A stretch of 47,271 bases of DNA from a virus (Duplodnaviria > Caudoviricetes), in the IMG/VR virus record IMGVR_UViG_3300039066_000017, positions 1 through 47,271 of that record; one strand, given 5' to 3'. This document shows positions 37,809 to 46,231 of the stretch, piece by piece. The translations under genes and the position numbers were made by a program. The notes beneath the pieces were generated by a model. That model did not search any database. It saw only the letters and a list, made by a program, of their open reading frames with translations, and was not told the origin of the DNA. How positions within the stretch are numbered: the stretch's first letter is position 1; each line of letters opens with the position of its first letter.

Positions 37809-37920
37809 TATTCATATGAAGTAATTGTTAACCTTTAATCTAACCTCTAACACTCTATTCATATGAGTTAATGTCTAACCCTAGTCTAATCTCTAATAGT
37901 TATATTCATATGAGTTATAG
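37809..37920. repeat. Iteron-like repeats: TATTCATATGA core at exact 47-bp period, 3 copies
   Basis: Starts at 37809, 37856, 37903; the intervening sequences also resemble each other. Confidence 0.85.
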
Positions 37921-37932
37921 TTATAGTTGGTA

Positions 37933-38039
37933 ATATCCAGAGAGTGACTGGATATGAATGGGATGATTGTAGTCCCATTCAAGAGAGCGTATTAGTAGTG
38001 ACTCACATTGAGCCAATGCTCATTGTGGAGTCTTAATAC
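37933..38039. other. Three consecutive stem-loops (putative origin or structured RNA)
   Basis: atatccag/ctggatat, tgaatggga/tcccattca, gtatta..gactc..tgagc/gctca..gagtc..taatac. Confidence 0.7.
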
Positions 38040-38064
38040 TTGTAAGGATGAAAATTCGAGTCAA
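38036..38064 (-). promoter_or_regulatory. Promoter-like element TTGACT-N7-TCATCCTTACAAGTAT
   Basis: Exact motif, near-identical to the copy at 20443-20471, pointing into the hairpins and iterons. Confidence 0.7.
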
Positions 38065-38386
38065 TACTCATTACAATATTTCTTTTTAAGCTATCAATCA
38101 CTTAACGCTCTTGTGAAAAAATAAATAATCCTAAATTTTCTTTAAGACATGATAAATGTCACCTATCCTGAAGTAATGGCTAGCATTTAAGGAAATTGCT
38201 TAGCTGATTAAGTAATCTTAAGTTTCCATTAAGTTGACCAATGCGGTAAGTTTCTCGGTTTTTTAAAATAACCAAAATAAAAGATTTTATTATTTTTAGT
38301 TTTTTTTGGTGACTTCAATCTAGAAAATGGTTATCACTTTTGTACGGAATTAATTTTAGATAAAGATTGATTGAGATTAGGGAAAT

Positions 38387-38428
38387 AAAAAAGCCTGATG
38401 AAGTTTTTAGAGGGACAACATCAGGCTT
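38387..38428 (-). terminator. Rho-independent terminator
   Basis: aagcctgatg / catcaggctt stem (38391-38400, 38419-38428) with a minus-strand T run. Confidence 0.65.
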
Positions 38429-38479
38429 AAGCAGAAACTAAGTATAATTGCCGACCAAAGCATTAACTCCCTAGTCTTA
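38387..38479 (-). ncRNA. Candidate antisense small RNA of about 90 nt
   Basis: Upstream TTTACA-N18-TAAGAT (38514-38485); ends in a 10-bp stem and U6. Confidence 0.5.
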
Positions 38480-38635
38480 GCCACATCTTATTCTGACACT
38501 CCACCGCATGTAAATAGAATTACATAGGAAATGTTCAGGATTCTCTATTATTCCACACATTTATAAACGTAAGGCTAACGCTATCTCAAGTTTGAGTTAG
38601 TGATGAAGTCTATCACTGTCTTTAAGGAGGATTGA

Positions 38636-39361
38636 GTGACTGATTTATTTAAACGAAGTGTACCTAAGACTAATTTTGCTGAAGTTCACAAGCTGATTCA
38701 TGGTCAGGTTAAGTGTGGCAAAACAACACTAGTAGCTCAGATGAAGGTTGGTGATAAGGAACCTCTATTCATTGCTACAGAAGATGGACATCACTCACTT
38801 GGAGTATTTCATCAACCAGTAAATAATTGGGCTGATCTAAAAGCTACTATCACTAAGCTCAATTCTAACCTGGATAAAGTTAAAGCTTCATATTCTACAC
38901 TGGCGATTGATCTATTATCGGATCTTGATCAGTGGTGTGAAGATTGGGCCTGTAATGAACTTAAAGTTAAATCACTTGCTGACTTAGACTTCGGCAAAGG
39001 ATTCACTTTTAAGAAGAAAGAATTTAACTCTACCATGGTTAAACTCTTGTCTATCCTGCCTTGTACGTTCATCTCTCACTCAAAAGAAAAAGAGATTGAA
39101 GTTGAAGGTGGTAAGAAGATTGATATCTATTCACCCAATCTATCTAACGGTGCTCTTGAGTATATCAACGGTAAGGTGGACATGATTGGCTACATTGCCT
39201 CTGATGTTAAGTCTGGAAAAACATTCATCACATTTAGACCTACGAAGATTGCTATTGCTGGAACTAGATTCCCACATATGGCTACTGAGTTTGAACTAGA
39301 CCCTAAGGATATGGCTAAGTCATACGCTGCGATTAATACAGCATTCATCAACAAACAATAA
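38636..39361 (+). CDS. AAA_24 / Sak4-like ATPase (recombinase)
   Basis: LIHGQVKCGKTT, FIATEDG, TLAID, FISHSK, VDMIGY; RBS aaggagg. Confidence 0.85.
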   Translation: MTDLFKRSVPKTNFAEVHKLIHGQVKCGKTTLVAQMKVGDKEPLFIATEDGHHSLGVFHQPVNNWADLKATITKLNSNLDKVKASYSTLAIDLLSDLDQWCEDWACNELKVKSLADLDFGKGFTFKKKEFNSTMVKLLSILPCTFISHSKEKEIEVEGGKKIDIYSPNLSNGALEYINGKVDMIGYIASDVKSGKTFITFRPTKIAIAGTRFPHMATEFELDPKDMAKSYAAINTAFINKQ

Positions 39362-39371
39362 GGAGATTGAG

Positions 39372-39833
39372 ATGAGCAACATGTTTAACGACCCTGAGAC
39401 TTTTATGAACTCTAACACTGACCTATTCAATGGTCTGACTGAGGATGATCTACTCCTTCCTGAGAAGCTTGTGTTCTTTAAGAATGAAGTTATCCAAGCA
39501 ACTATCCTTGATGCCTCTATCGTAGAAAAGATTGGAGCTGTTAAGGTTGAAGTGAAAGTAGAGACTGGTGATCACACTGGTAAACTTCACGAGTTTCTAG
39601 TCTTTAAACCTAAAGCTGGTGATGATGGAAAAATCTCACCTATGTCTAAAAAGAATTGGGTTAATTTCCTTCTAGCTCTTTTCACTAAAGAGGCAATTCT
39701 GGCAGGTCAAATTGACTTCACTAAACATGTTGGAACGAAGATTGAGTTTAAGGCTGGTGAAGCTAAGTCTAAAGGTGACAAGACTTACCAGAATTTCTCT
39801 GACTTCAAACTAGTAGAAGCTGCTCCATTTTAA
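39372..39833 (+). CDS. ssDNA-binding protein (DUF669-like OB fold)
   Basis: Follows the Sak4-like gene; beta-rich, ends in APF. Confidence 0.7.
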   Translation: MSNMFNDPETFMNSNTDLFNGLTEDDLLLPEKLVFFKNEVIQATILDASIVEKIGAVKVEVKVETGDHTGKLHEFLVFKPKAGDDGKISPMSKKNWVNFLLALFTKEAILAGQIDFTKHVGTKIEFKAGEAKSKGDKTYQNFSDFKLVEAAPF

Positions 39834-39923
39834 TTATTAACAAGGTCAATTAACCACTCGTGGAAAATTTGAACATGGCTGGTGTACCCATGGGCCGAGT
39901 ACACCAAATAGAAAGGAGTAATT

Positions 39924-40085
39924 ATGAATGAACCAATTAAAGGCGCAACGATAACTATCTCTCTAGCTGAACATGCTGAACTAGTAGAAGCTTCAGAGTT
40001 TTTAGATTGTTTAAGAGCTTGTGGAGTTGATAACTGGCCTGGTTATGATGAGGCTAGACAGATGATGAGAGGAGATGAGGTATGA
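39924..40085 (+). CDS. Small acidic protein resembling T7-like-phage gp5.9 (RecBCD inhibitor) relatives (53 aa, absent from ORF track)
   Basis: TITISLAEHAEL...FLDCLRACGVDNWPGYDEA; RBS aaaggag. Confidence 0.55.
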   Translation: MNEPIKGATITISLAEHAELVEASEFLDCLRACGVDNWPGYDEARQMMRGDEV

Positions 40086-40222
40086 CATACACACCTAACC
40101 CTCAAGTTATAGCTTTTGCTATTTTCTTATCTATCGCTAGTTATTGCTTCTTCGGTCTGATTGGACTTGGAGTAGTAGCTCTAGCTTATTGTTGTCTAAT
40201 TCTTTATTACCTGGAGGCTTAA
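40082..40222 (+). CDS. Small two-TM membrane protein (46 aa, absent from ORF track)
   Basis: ATGA overlap, RBS gagg, almost entirely hydrophobic. Confidence 0.6.
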   Translation: MTYTPNPQVIAFAIFLSIASYCFFGLIGLGVVALAYCCLILYYLEA

Positions 40223-40223
40223 A

Positions 40224-40529
40224 TTGAAAAAGAGTGAGTTTATTAGAGTAGTTGAAGATGCTGCTGAAATGATTGCAAGCAAGGACCAAGAGTTTATTTG
40301 TCACGCTTTATCATTAGCATCTCGAGCTACATATGATGACTTTGATAGGTTGCCAATCGTGAAAGACTTCATGAGTTTCTTTGAACTTTACTGTTCGTTT
40401 AAAAGCAAGCTTCATGATGAATATGACCAAAGTTATGAGTCCATGAAAGACATCTCCTCAATGAGACTTGATGGACTTGCTGTCTATTTGGTCTGGTCAC
40501 TTGAGAATGAAACTTACAAGGAACTTTAA
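40224..40529 (+). CDS. Hypothetical protein
   Basis: RBS ggagg; coupled to the primase gene. Confidence 0.65.
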   Translation: MKKSEFIRVVEDAAEMIASKDQEFICHALSLASRATYDDFDRLPIVKDFMSFFELYCSFKSKLHDEYDQSYESMKDISSMRLDGLAVYLVWSLENETYKEL

Positions 40530-41488
40530 TGTACCAATATCTATCATGGTTCAAAAGAGGAGTTACTTATCCATCGGGTAATAAGCTCATCTCTATTGAA
40601 GGAATGAATAAGCTTAAGAACACATTACTCACTAGTGGGGTAGAAGTTCATGAGTCTGTTCAGAGATATGACCAGATAGGTAGAGTGTTATTTACTCCAG
40701 TGTATGCAGACTTTGATGGTGAGGATAAGTTACCTGACATCAGACTATTCATTGATAGATGTAGAGAAGAATTTAAAGTTACTCCTGATATTTACTTCAG
40801 TGGTAACAGAGGCTTTCATCTATTTATTAATGTACCTGTTAGTCATACTCATCCTCACCTCGTAGTTAAGAAGTTGATGGCCACTCTACTTCCTAAAGAG
40901 AATGATAAAGCTCCATATAAGTTTGATGAACAAATGTATGGTTCAAGACATCTACTCAGAAGTGAAGGATCTATCCACTTCAAGACTAACCTATTTAAGG
41001 TAAGAGTATCAGCTCCAGAATTGGAGAATATTCAGTCTATTAGAAATAAGGCTAAGAAACAATTTGTTACTATACCTACTGCACATAGTTCTATTCAACT
41101 GGAGCTTTACTTAAACACACTCTATCACCTGGTCGATAAAGATATTAAAGAAGCTGAAGAGAAATATAAAGATATTCAATCTGAACAAAAAGGAGAAGTA
41201 CCACCATGTATAACTAGTCTAATAGCTAATGGTCCTGTAGCTGGAGAAAATAACAGGATACTCACTCTAATTGCCAGAAGTTTTAACTCATGTGGACGAC
41301 CAATGATTGATGCTATTTCAGAAGTAGCTAATCATCCAACATGGAGTGATAAACGTAAGGATGTAGAGTCAGTCTTTAAGTCTACCTATAAACAACAATC
41401 AAAATTTGGATGTAAAAACAACGAAGTATTAAAGAGGCATTGTGACCAATTTTGCCCTTTTAATGAATTAAACATCGACATCATGTAA
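40529..41488 (+). CDS. Archaeo-eukaryotic primase (AEP) with C-terminal Cys4 PriL-like domain
   Basis: YADFD, YFSGNRGFHL, D..Y...HLLR..GS.H.KT; PPCI...FGC...HC..FCP. Confidence 0.85.
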   Translation: MYQYLSWFKRGVTYPSGNKLISIEGMNKLKNTLLTSGVEVHESVQRYDQIGRVLFTPVYADFDGEDKLPDIRLFIDRCREEFKVTPDIYFSGNRGFHLFINVPVSHTHPHLVVKKLMATLLPKENDKAPYKFDEQMYGSRHLLRSEGSIHFKTNLFKVRVSAPELENIQSIRNKAKKQFVTIPTAHSSIQLELYLNTLYHLVDKDIKEAEEKYKDIQSEQKGEVPPCITSLIANGPVAGENNRILTLIARSFNSCGRPMIDAISEVANHPTWSDKRKDVESVFKSTYKQQSKFGCKNNEVLKRHCDQFCPFNELNIDIM

Positions 41489-41500
41489 GGAGGGACAAGC

Positions 41501-41698
41501 ATGATTACTAAACCTATTTCAGTGGAAGAGAAATTAGTAGCTCAAGTTATTTCTAGAGTCGTTGAGCTAAGAACAGACTTAAAAAATTGTACTGTTCAAA
41601 AAGAAAAAGCATCTATTCAAACAGCTATTGCTAACAATGTTGGCTGGCTACTTAGTCTAGGCGTACCTCTTAACATTCCTGAACTTGAAGGAGCTTAA
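41501..41698 (+). CDS. Hypothetical protein
   Basis: RBS aaggagg. Confidence 0.65.
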   Translation: MITKPISVEEKLVAQVISRVVELRTDLKNCTVQKEKASIQTAIANNVGWLLSLGVPLNIPELEGA

Positions 41699-41924
41699 GA
41701 TGTTAAAATTTATTCACCTAAAAGACACATCAAACGACAGAGAGATTATTGTTCAAATTAGACGAATTACTCACCTTGAGAAGATTGAGTCATTCAAGAC
41801 TGGAAAAATTAATCACTATGTTCATATTCATGGCGATAACACATCAGCTCTAGTTACTGAAGATAAGTACAATGAGATTTTAAATATCATGAAGCTTAAT
41901 ACTCTCATTGTAGGAGAGGTTTAA
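41685..41924 (+). CDS. Hypothetical protein (start probably the internal Met, MLKFI)
   Basis: aaggag precedes the internal Met. Confidence 0.6.
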   Translation: MKELKMLKFIHLKDTSNDREIIVQIRRITHLEKIESFKTGKINHYVHIHGDNTSALVTEDKYNEILNIMKLNTLIVGEV

Positions 41925-41925
41925 G

Positions 41926-42552
41926 ATGTGGCCATTTAAACGTAAAAAACAACCTGTAGAAGTTATTAACAAAGCTACAGTCTTAACTATTCCAGGTCCG
42001 AAAGTGAGAGTTACATTAGTTGAAGCTAAGTATTTCTCAGTTAAAGATCTTAACAAGCTTAAAAAGTCATTAGCAGTATTGGCCTATGTTCTAAATGATG
42101 AAGAGTTTAAAACTAAACTATTCGCATTATGGATTGAGAATAGAGCTAAAGGTGCGAGACATGACTTCACATCTACTACTGATACTACTGAACAAGTTTA
42201 TGAAAAGATTATGAAGGCTAATGAGTTAAACACTGGTGATGATAATGAAGTAGATTTCTCACTTGAATATTATAACTCATGGTGGTCAAAAGTTATTGGC
42301 TACACTCTACCATCATCATTGTGGATATGGCTTAACTGGAAATATCACCTTCATTTTACTCCAGCTCAAACAGCAGGAAATTTAGCTCATGAGTTTCTTC
42401 ATAAGCTAGGTTATGGACATTCATCAGCTAAAGACTACACATCTGTACCTTACTCTGTTGGCTACTTAGTTGAAGAGTTAGGGACTAAGTATGAACAAGC
42501 TGCAATGGATTGGGTAAAGGAAGTTGTAGTTGATGAGATGTGGAGGGACTAA
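41926..42552 (+). CDS. Zn metalloprotease-like protein
   Basis: AHEFLHKLGYGH (HExxHxxGxxH), followed by SVPYSVG. Confidence 0.75.
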   Translation: MWPFKRKKQPVEVINKATVLTIPGPKVRVTLVEAKYFSVKDLNKLKKSLAVLAYVLNDEEFKTKLFALWIENRAKGARHDFTSTTDTTEQVYEKIMKANELNTGDDNEVDFSLEYYNSWWSKVIGYTLPSSLWIWLNWKYHLHFTPAQTAGNLAHEFLHKLGYGHSSAKDYTSVPYSVGYLVEELGTKYEQAAMDWVKEVVVDEMWRD

Positions 42553-42698
42553 TGGATAAAACAATTTATCATCACTTCATGTTGGGATTATTTCTATTAG
42601 CAGCATGGACATTAGGAGCTGTTACTGGAGCTGGATATGTCTACTACGACAAGCCAGCAAAGAAATTAACTTATAACGATGTATTTAAAGGAAATTAA
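42552..42698 (+). CDS. Small single-TM protein (48 aa, absent from ORF track)
   Basis: TAATG coupling, RBS ggagg, hydrophobic core. Confidence 0.6.
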   Translation: MDKTIYHHFMLGLFLLAAWTLGAVTGAGYVYYDKPAKKLTYNDVFKGN

Positions 42699-42699
42699 A

Positions 42700-43314
42700 A
42701 TGAAACAATATGTGAAAGATTTAATTAATAATGGAACAAAGTTTTTCATCAAGGTTGAATCACCCTCTCTGAGTGAGAAAGTTCAAAAGGAGCTATTTGA
42801 AAATGGCTGCACATGGGGAAAGAGATTAGGTCAAAAAACTAACTTCTCAAACTCTAAATTCTTATATGTCGGCTCGTGGGAAAAGTTTGACTTAACTCAC
42901 TCTTATGATCGGCCAATTAGTTCTGTTTACAAAGAAGTTTCAGCTGATGACATACTAGCATCTGATGGCTTTGAAGTTGGTGACAAGGTTAGAGCATTTG
43001 GATGTGATGGGACTGTTGATTTGCTTGATACTGAGTCAGTAAGAGTTAGTTTTGGTAACTACAATTACACATGGTTCAAACTTGATGGTAGACAATCTGA
43101 CTGGCACAAAGAACCTTCACTCATCCTAATTGAACGTCCTGTTAAAAAATTTAAAAAGTCATTCTGGTTATGGACTAAGCCTAATGGGCAGATCCTCACT
43201 GATGTACTTGACGAGAACTTCAGAAATGTTAATGGTCAAAAACATCCTTGTAACATAAGTGACTTCACTAAAATTCCAGGTACAGAAGTTACTCTAGAAG
43301 TTGAGGTTAAATAA
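42700..43314 (+). CDS. Hypothetical protein
   Basis: Start re-called to ATG 42700; VQKELF..G.TW and FEVGDKV motifs of phage accessory proteins. Confidence 0.7.
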   Translation: MKQYVKDLINNGTKFFIKVESPSLSEKVQKELFENGCTWGKRLGQKTNFSNSKFLYVGSWEKFDLTHSYDRPISSVYKEVSADDILASDGFEVGDKVRAFGCDGTVDLLDTESVRVSFGNYNYTWFKLDGRQSDWHKEPSLILIERPVKKFKKSFWLWTKPNGQILTDVLDENFRNVNGQKHPCNISDFTKIPGTEVTLEVEVK

Positions 43315-43315
43315 T

Positions 43316-43723
43316 ATGAAAATCTCAACATTATTAGATGGTACACCAATTGATGAAACTCAATTTAAACAATGGATAGCTGCTCTTAGGAGTGGTGAAT
43401 ATAAACAAGGTAGAAGAAGGTTACAGGATGGTGAGGATAGCTACTGCTGTCTTGGGGTAGCTTGTAAACTGGTTATAAAAAATCCATCCTACTCATTCAA
43501 TCGCTTAGTGGGTAGTTACCCTGATGATCAGAATGGTTCACCTGAATGGCTGAAGGGCATAAATGACGACTTCATGATTCGTGAAATTGTAAAAGTAGAT
43601 GTTGGATATGACTCAATCATGGCTAGAAAAATATCACAACTAAATGACGCTCACACTCACACCTTCTCTCAAATTGCTGACCTATTAGAAGAACACTATG
43701 TAGGTAAAGAGGAGGTTGTATGA
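43316..43723 (+). CDS. Conserved phage hypothetical protein
   Basis: WIAALRSGEYKQG...YCCLGVAC...LND...TFSQIADLLE; start re-called after gagg. Confidence 0.75.
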   Translation: MKISTLLDGTPIDETQFKQWIAALRSGEYKQGRRRLQDGEDSYCCLGVACKLVIKNPSYSFNRLVGSYPDDQNGSPEWLKGINDDFMIREIVKVDVGYDSIMARKISQLNDAHTHTFSQIADLLEEHYVGKEEVV

Positions 43724-44676
43724 GTGAGGTAATTAAAGTCATTAAAACACCTAACTCTACATTAGTTAATAAATCTAATGGTTGGGGTAACGGATCATCA
43801 GCTTATTATTACTATAACGGTAAAAAGCTAATTGATACATTTAGTGACCAGTGGGGTTTAGTTGAAGGAGATATTCTAGATGTGACAACAAAACTCCCCG
43901 ACACATGCATTAATGAAAGATATGAATTAAAAGACTATACATTAGCCAGTGATAAAATTCCTCAAACTCTACTGTTGGCAGAAGTCCAGTGTGATGAAGA
44001 TTATGAGTGGACCGGCCGGTATGCAACACTTCAATCCTTATATGAGAGAAAGGCTGACAAGGTAGATGGTGGATTTAAGAACATCGAATTCACACTAGAG
44101 GTTATCCTTACTCTTGATCATGAAATCAAAGAGCCTCAGCTTGCATACGATATTTTTACTAAGCATGCCAACAAACCAAACTCAAAGATTACCTGGAGTG
44201 ACGTTAAGAAGAATAGCTTTATACCATCTATCGCATTGCCTGAAGTCGTTCGTCATGAGGTTGAATGTAGCCTGACTTCTAAGCAAGTATACGACATAGC
44301 AAGAGCTCATATTAAAGCTAATATTAATCCAGTCTACGCAAAGATTACTTCTGACTATGATTTTTGCTTTTCAGTTAAGAAGAACATTACACTACAAACG
44401 CCTTACAACACCACAGTTCTAACTAACCTGTTTGGCAAGGGTAAGCCCAAAGAAAAGTCTATGTTTGTTAATACTCGTGAAGTGACTATCTTTGAGATGA
44501 CCCACGCTCAAGAGAACTACAAAGGCTATACAGCAATTAAGTGTATTAAAGGTGAAAATTTAGAGGACCTTGCTAATAAGTTAGATGGCCTGCTTCATGA
44601 CTTAATAGAAAAGATCAATAAGCCTCTGATTGAATGCGCTCACTGTAATGGTTATGGCGTAAAGGAGGTTGTATGA
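43720..44676 (+). CDS. Hypothetical protein with C-terminal CxxCxGxG
   Basis: RBS aggagg; ITSDYDFCF.VKK and CAHCNGYG. Confidence 0.75.
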   Translation: MSEVIKVIKTPNSTLVNKSNGWGNGSSAYYYYNGKKLIDTFSDQWGLVEGDILDVTTKLPDTCINERYELKDYTLASDKIPQTLLLAEVQCDEDYEWTGRYATLQSLYERKADKVDGGFKNIEFTLEVILTLDHEIKEPQLAYDIFTKHANKPNSKITWSDVKKNSFIPSIALPEVVRHEVECSLTSKQVYDIARAHIKANINPVYAKITSDYDFCFSVKKNITLQTPYNTTVLTNLFGKGKPKEKSMFVNTREVTIFEMTHAQENYKGYTAIKCIKGENLEDLANKLDGLLHDLIEKINKPLIECAHCNGYGVKEVV

Positions 44677-44897
44677 TTACTCCAGACAATCAAAAAGCTA
44701 TTGAGGATTGGCAGACACTAGCTAGAGGTATGAGCTTTTATAATGCTGCTGAAGGTGATTGGCATAAAGAGCGAGATGAGAGGAATGAGTGTAGAGGTAG
44801 GTTAAAAACTCAAACTAAACTACTTCTAGAAATGGGAGTGGATGTTAAAAAGTTATCTGAAGAAGGTTACTTAATGAGTGAGAGTGACTGGAGATGA
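44673..44897 (+). CDS. Hypothetical protein
   Basis: RBS aaggagg, ATGA overlap. Confidence 0.65.
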   Translation: MITPDNQKAIEDWQTLARGMSFYNAAEGDWHKERDERNECRGRLKTQTKLLLEMGVDVKKLSEEGYLMSESDWR

Positions 44898-45109
44898 GAA
44901 CTTACACTAGTAACATTACTTCACTTACCACCTATAAAGGCTCAGAGACATTTAAGAAAAACTCTAATGGCTTTGATGGTAGAGCTTATAAAGGATGGGA
45001 TGAGTGTTGGAATAAACATGTCATTCCATTAGTTATTAAGAATGAGGAGCTACAACAACAGCTACTTACTCTCACTGGTGAACTTAACAAATTAAAAGGA
45101 AAAGTATGA
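44894..45109 (+). CDS. Hypothetical protein
   Basis: ATGA overlap. Confidence 0.6.
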   Translation: MRTYTSNITSLTTYKGSETFKKNSNGFDGRAYKGWDECWNKHVIPLVIKNEELQQQLLTLTGELNKLKGKV

Positions 45110-45450
45110 TTATTCAGCAATACATTAGTAAGCCTAAAGTAGTTAAAGCTATTCGCTTCATGGGTGAAGATGAAGGAATGCCAGACTTCCTATCTGTTAA
45201 AGGTACTAAATTACCTCCAGTAGAAAGAGAAGGTGAATTTCATAACAAGATTCATGATAGCTATTTAAGAGTTAAGTATGGTGAGTGGATTATCTTTACT
45301 GATGATGGTGATAGATGGCCATGTACCAACAAGATCTTTAATGAAACATATGTGACATACACACCATCTTCCAAGTATTCACCTCATGATATTCAGGTTA
45401 ACTCTCCAGTTGTTAATGGAGCAAATATACCTCTACTAGGGTTCAGGTGA
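45106..45450 (+). CDS. Conserved phage protein (PGDYG-like)
   Basis: KP.VV.AIRF...GEWII...WPC...IF..TY. Confidence 0.65.
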   Translation: MIIQQYISKPKVVKAIRFMGEDEGMPDFLSVKGTKLPPVEREGEFHNKIHDSYLRVKYGEWIIFTDDGDRWPCTNKIFNETYVTYTPSSKYSPHDIQVNSPVVNGANIPLLGFR

Positions 45451-45453
45451 GTT

Positions 45454-45702
45454 ATGCTAACCACAATTAGACAGAATCTACTGACTATACCTAACTACTC
45501 ACCCTTTTGTGGTCAATTTGCTAAATGTCCTGGTAATTGGCCAAGAACTAAATTTAATGGACGACAATTCAAATGTGAATCATGTGGATGGATATCTCAA
45601 TTTGAGAAAGAGTTTATTGATCAGTATAAGAAGAAGTGGGATATCGCTAACCCACATTATGCTGATGTTAGTTTAATGGTGAGCATGATGGAAATGGTAT
45701 GA
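45454..45702 (+). CDS. Zn-ribbon hypothetical protein
   Basis: YSPFCG..C...PRT.FNG.QF.C.SCGW. Confidence 0.65.
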   Translation: MLTTIRQNLLTIPNYSPFCGQFAKCPGNWPRTKFNGRQFKCESCGWISQFEKEFIDQYKKKWDIANPHYADVSLMVSMMEMV

Positions 45703-45744
45703 CTGGTGAATGTGCATTGAAATAGAGTTTATAGAGGAGGAAAT

Positions 45745-45984
45745 ATGATTGATTTGCAAGACATTAGACCATCAAGCTACACGAATGCTTACGTGAAAGA
45801 CCTCGAACAAAAGCTCAAAGTGGCGATTGAGGCGCTAGAGTTAGGAATTAAATATTTTGAACCAATGGAATTTGGTCGATGCTGTAACGGTCGGGATTGC
45901 GGATGCATGGGAGTGCCTACTGACCCTGAATACTACTTAATGAAAGATATGAAAGAAGCTCTCGAGAAATTGAAAGATAAATAA
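45745..45984 (+). CDS. Hypothetical protein with CCxGxDCGCxG motif
   Basis: RBS gaggagg. Confidence 0.65.
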   Translation: MIDLQDIRPSSYTNAYVKDLEQKLKVAIEALELGIKYFEPMEFGRCCNGRDCGCMGVPTDPEYYLMKDMKEALEKLKDK

Positions 45985-46005
45985 CCTTATAGCGGAGGAT
46001 ACTAG

Positions 46006-46218
46006 ATGAATGACAAAATTTTAAACGCATTAAAAGACATGGTTGAAATTCAGGGCCGTGATGGGAACTGGAATTGCGACGAGTACATGCATGGCATGTA
46101 TAACGGAATGGAGTTTATGCTTTCAATTGTTGAGAGTCGTGAACCGATATACAGAAGCAAGCCAGAAAAGTGGTTGTCAGACCAACCGAGAAACTATGTT
46201 TTAGCAGAGGCGCAATAA
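46006..46218 (+). CDS. Hypothetical protein
   Basis: RBS ggagg; GNWN.DEYMHGMYNG motif. Confidence 0.7.
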   Translation: MNDKILNALKDMVEIQGRDGNWNCDEYMHGMYNGMEFMLSIVESREPIYRSKPEKWLSDQPRNYVLAEAQ

Positions 46219-46231
46219 GAGCGAGGTTATC

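Noticed and set aside
37809-37920. Mini CRISPR or TIGR-like guide array
   Set aside because: Only an 11-bp core in three copies, the spacers resemble each other, and no cas or Nop-domain gene is recognisable; kept as iteron-like repeats
38395-38480. Hammerhead core CTGATGA...GAAA...GTC (also CTGATGA at 15906-15912 on the minus strand)
   Set aside because: Stems I and II cannot form at the first site, where a terminator stem explains the sequence; the second lacks a downstream GAAA
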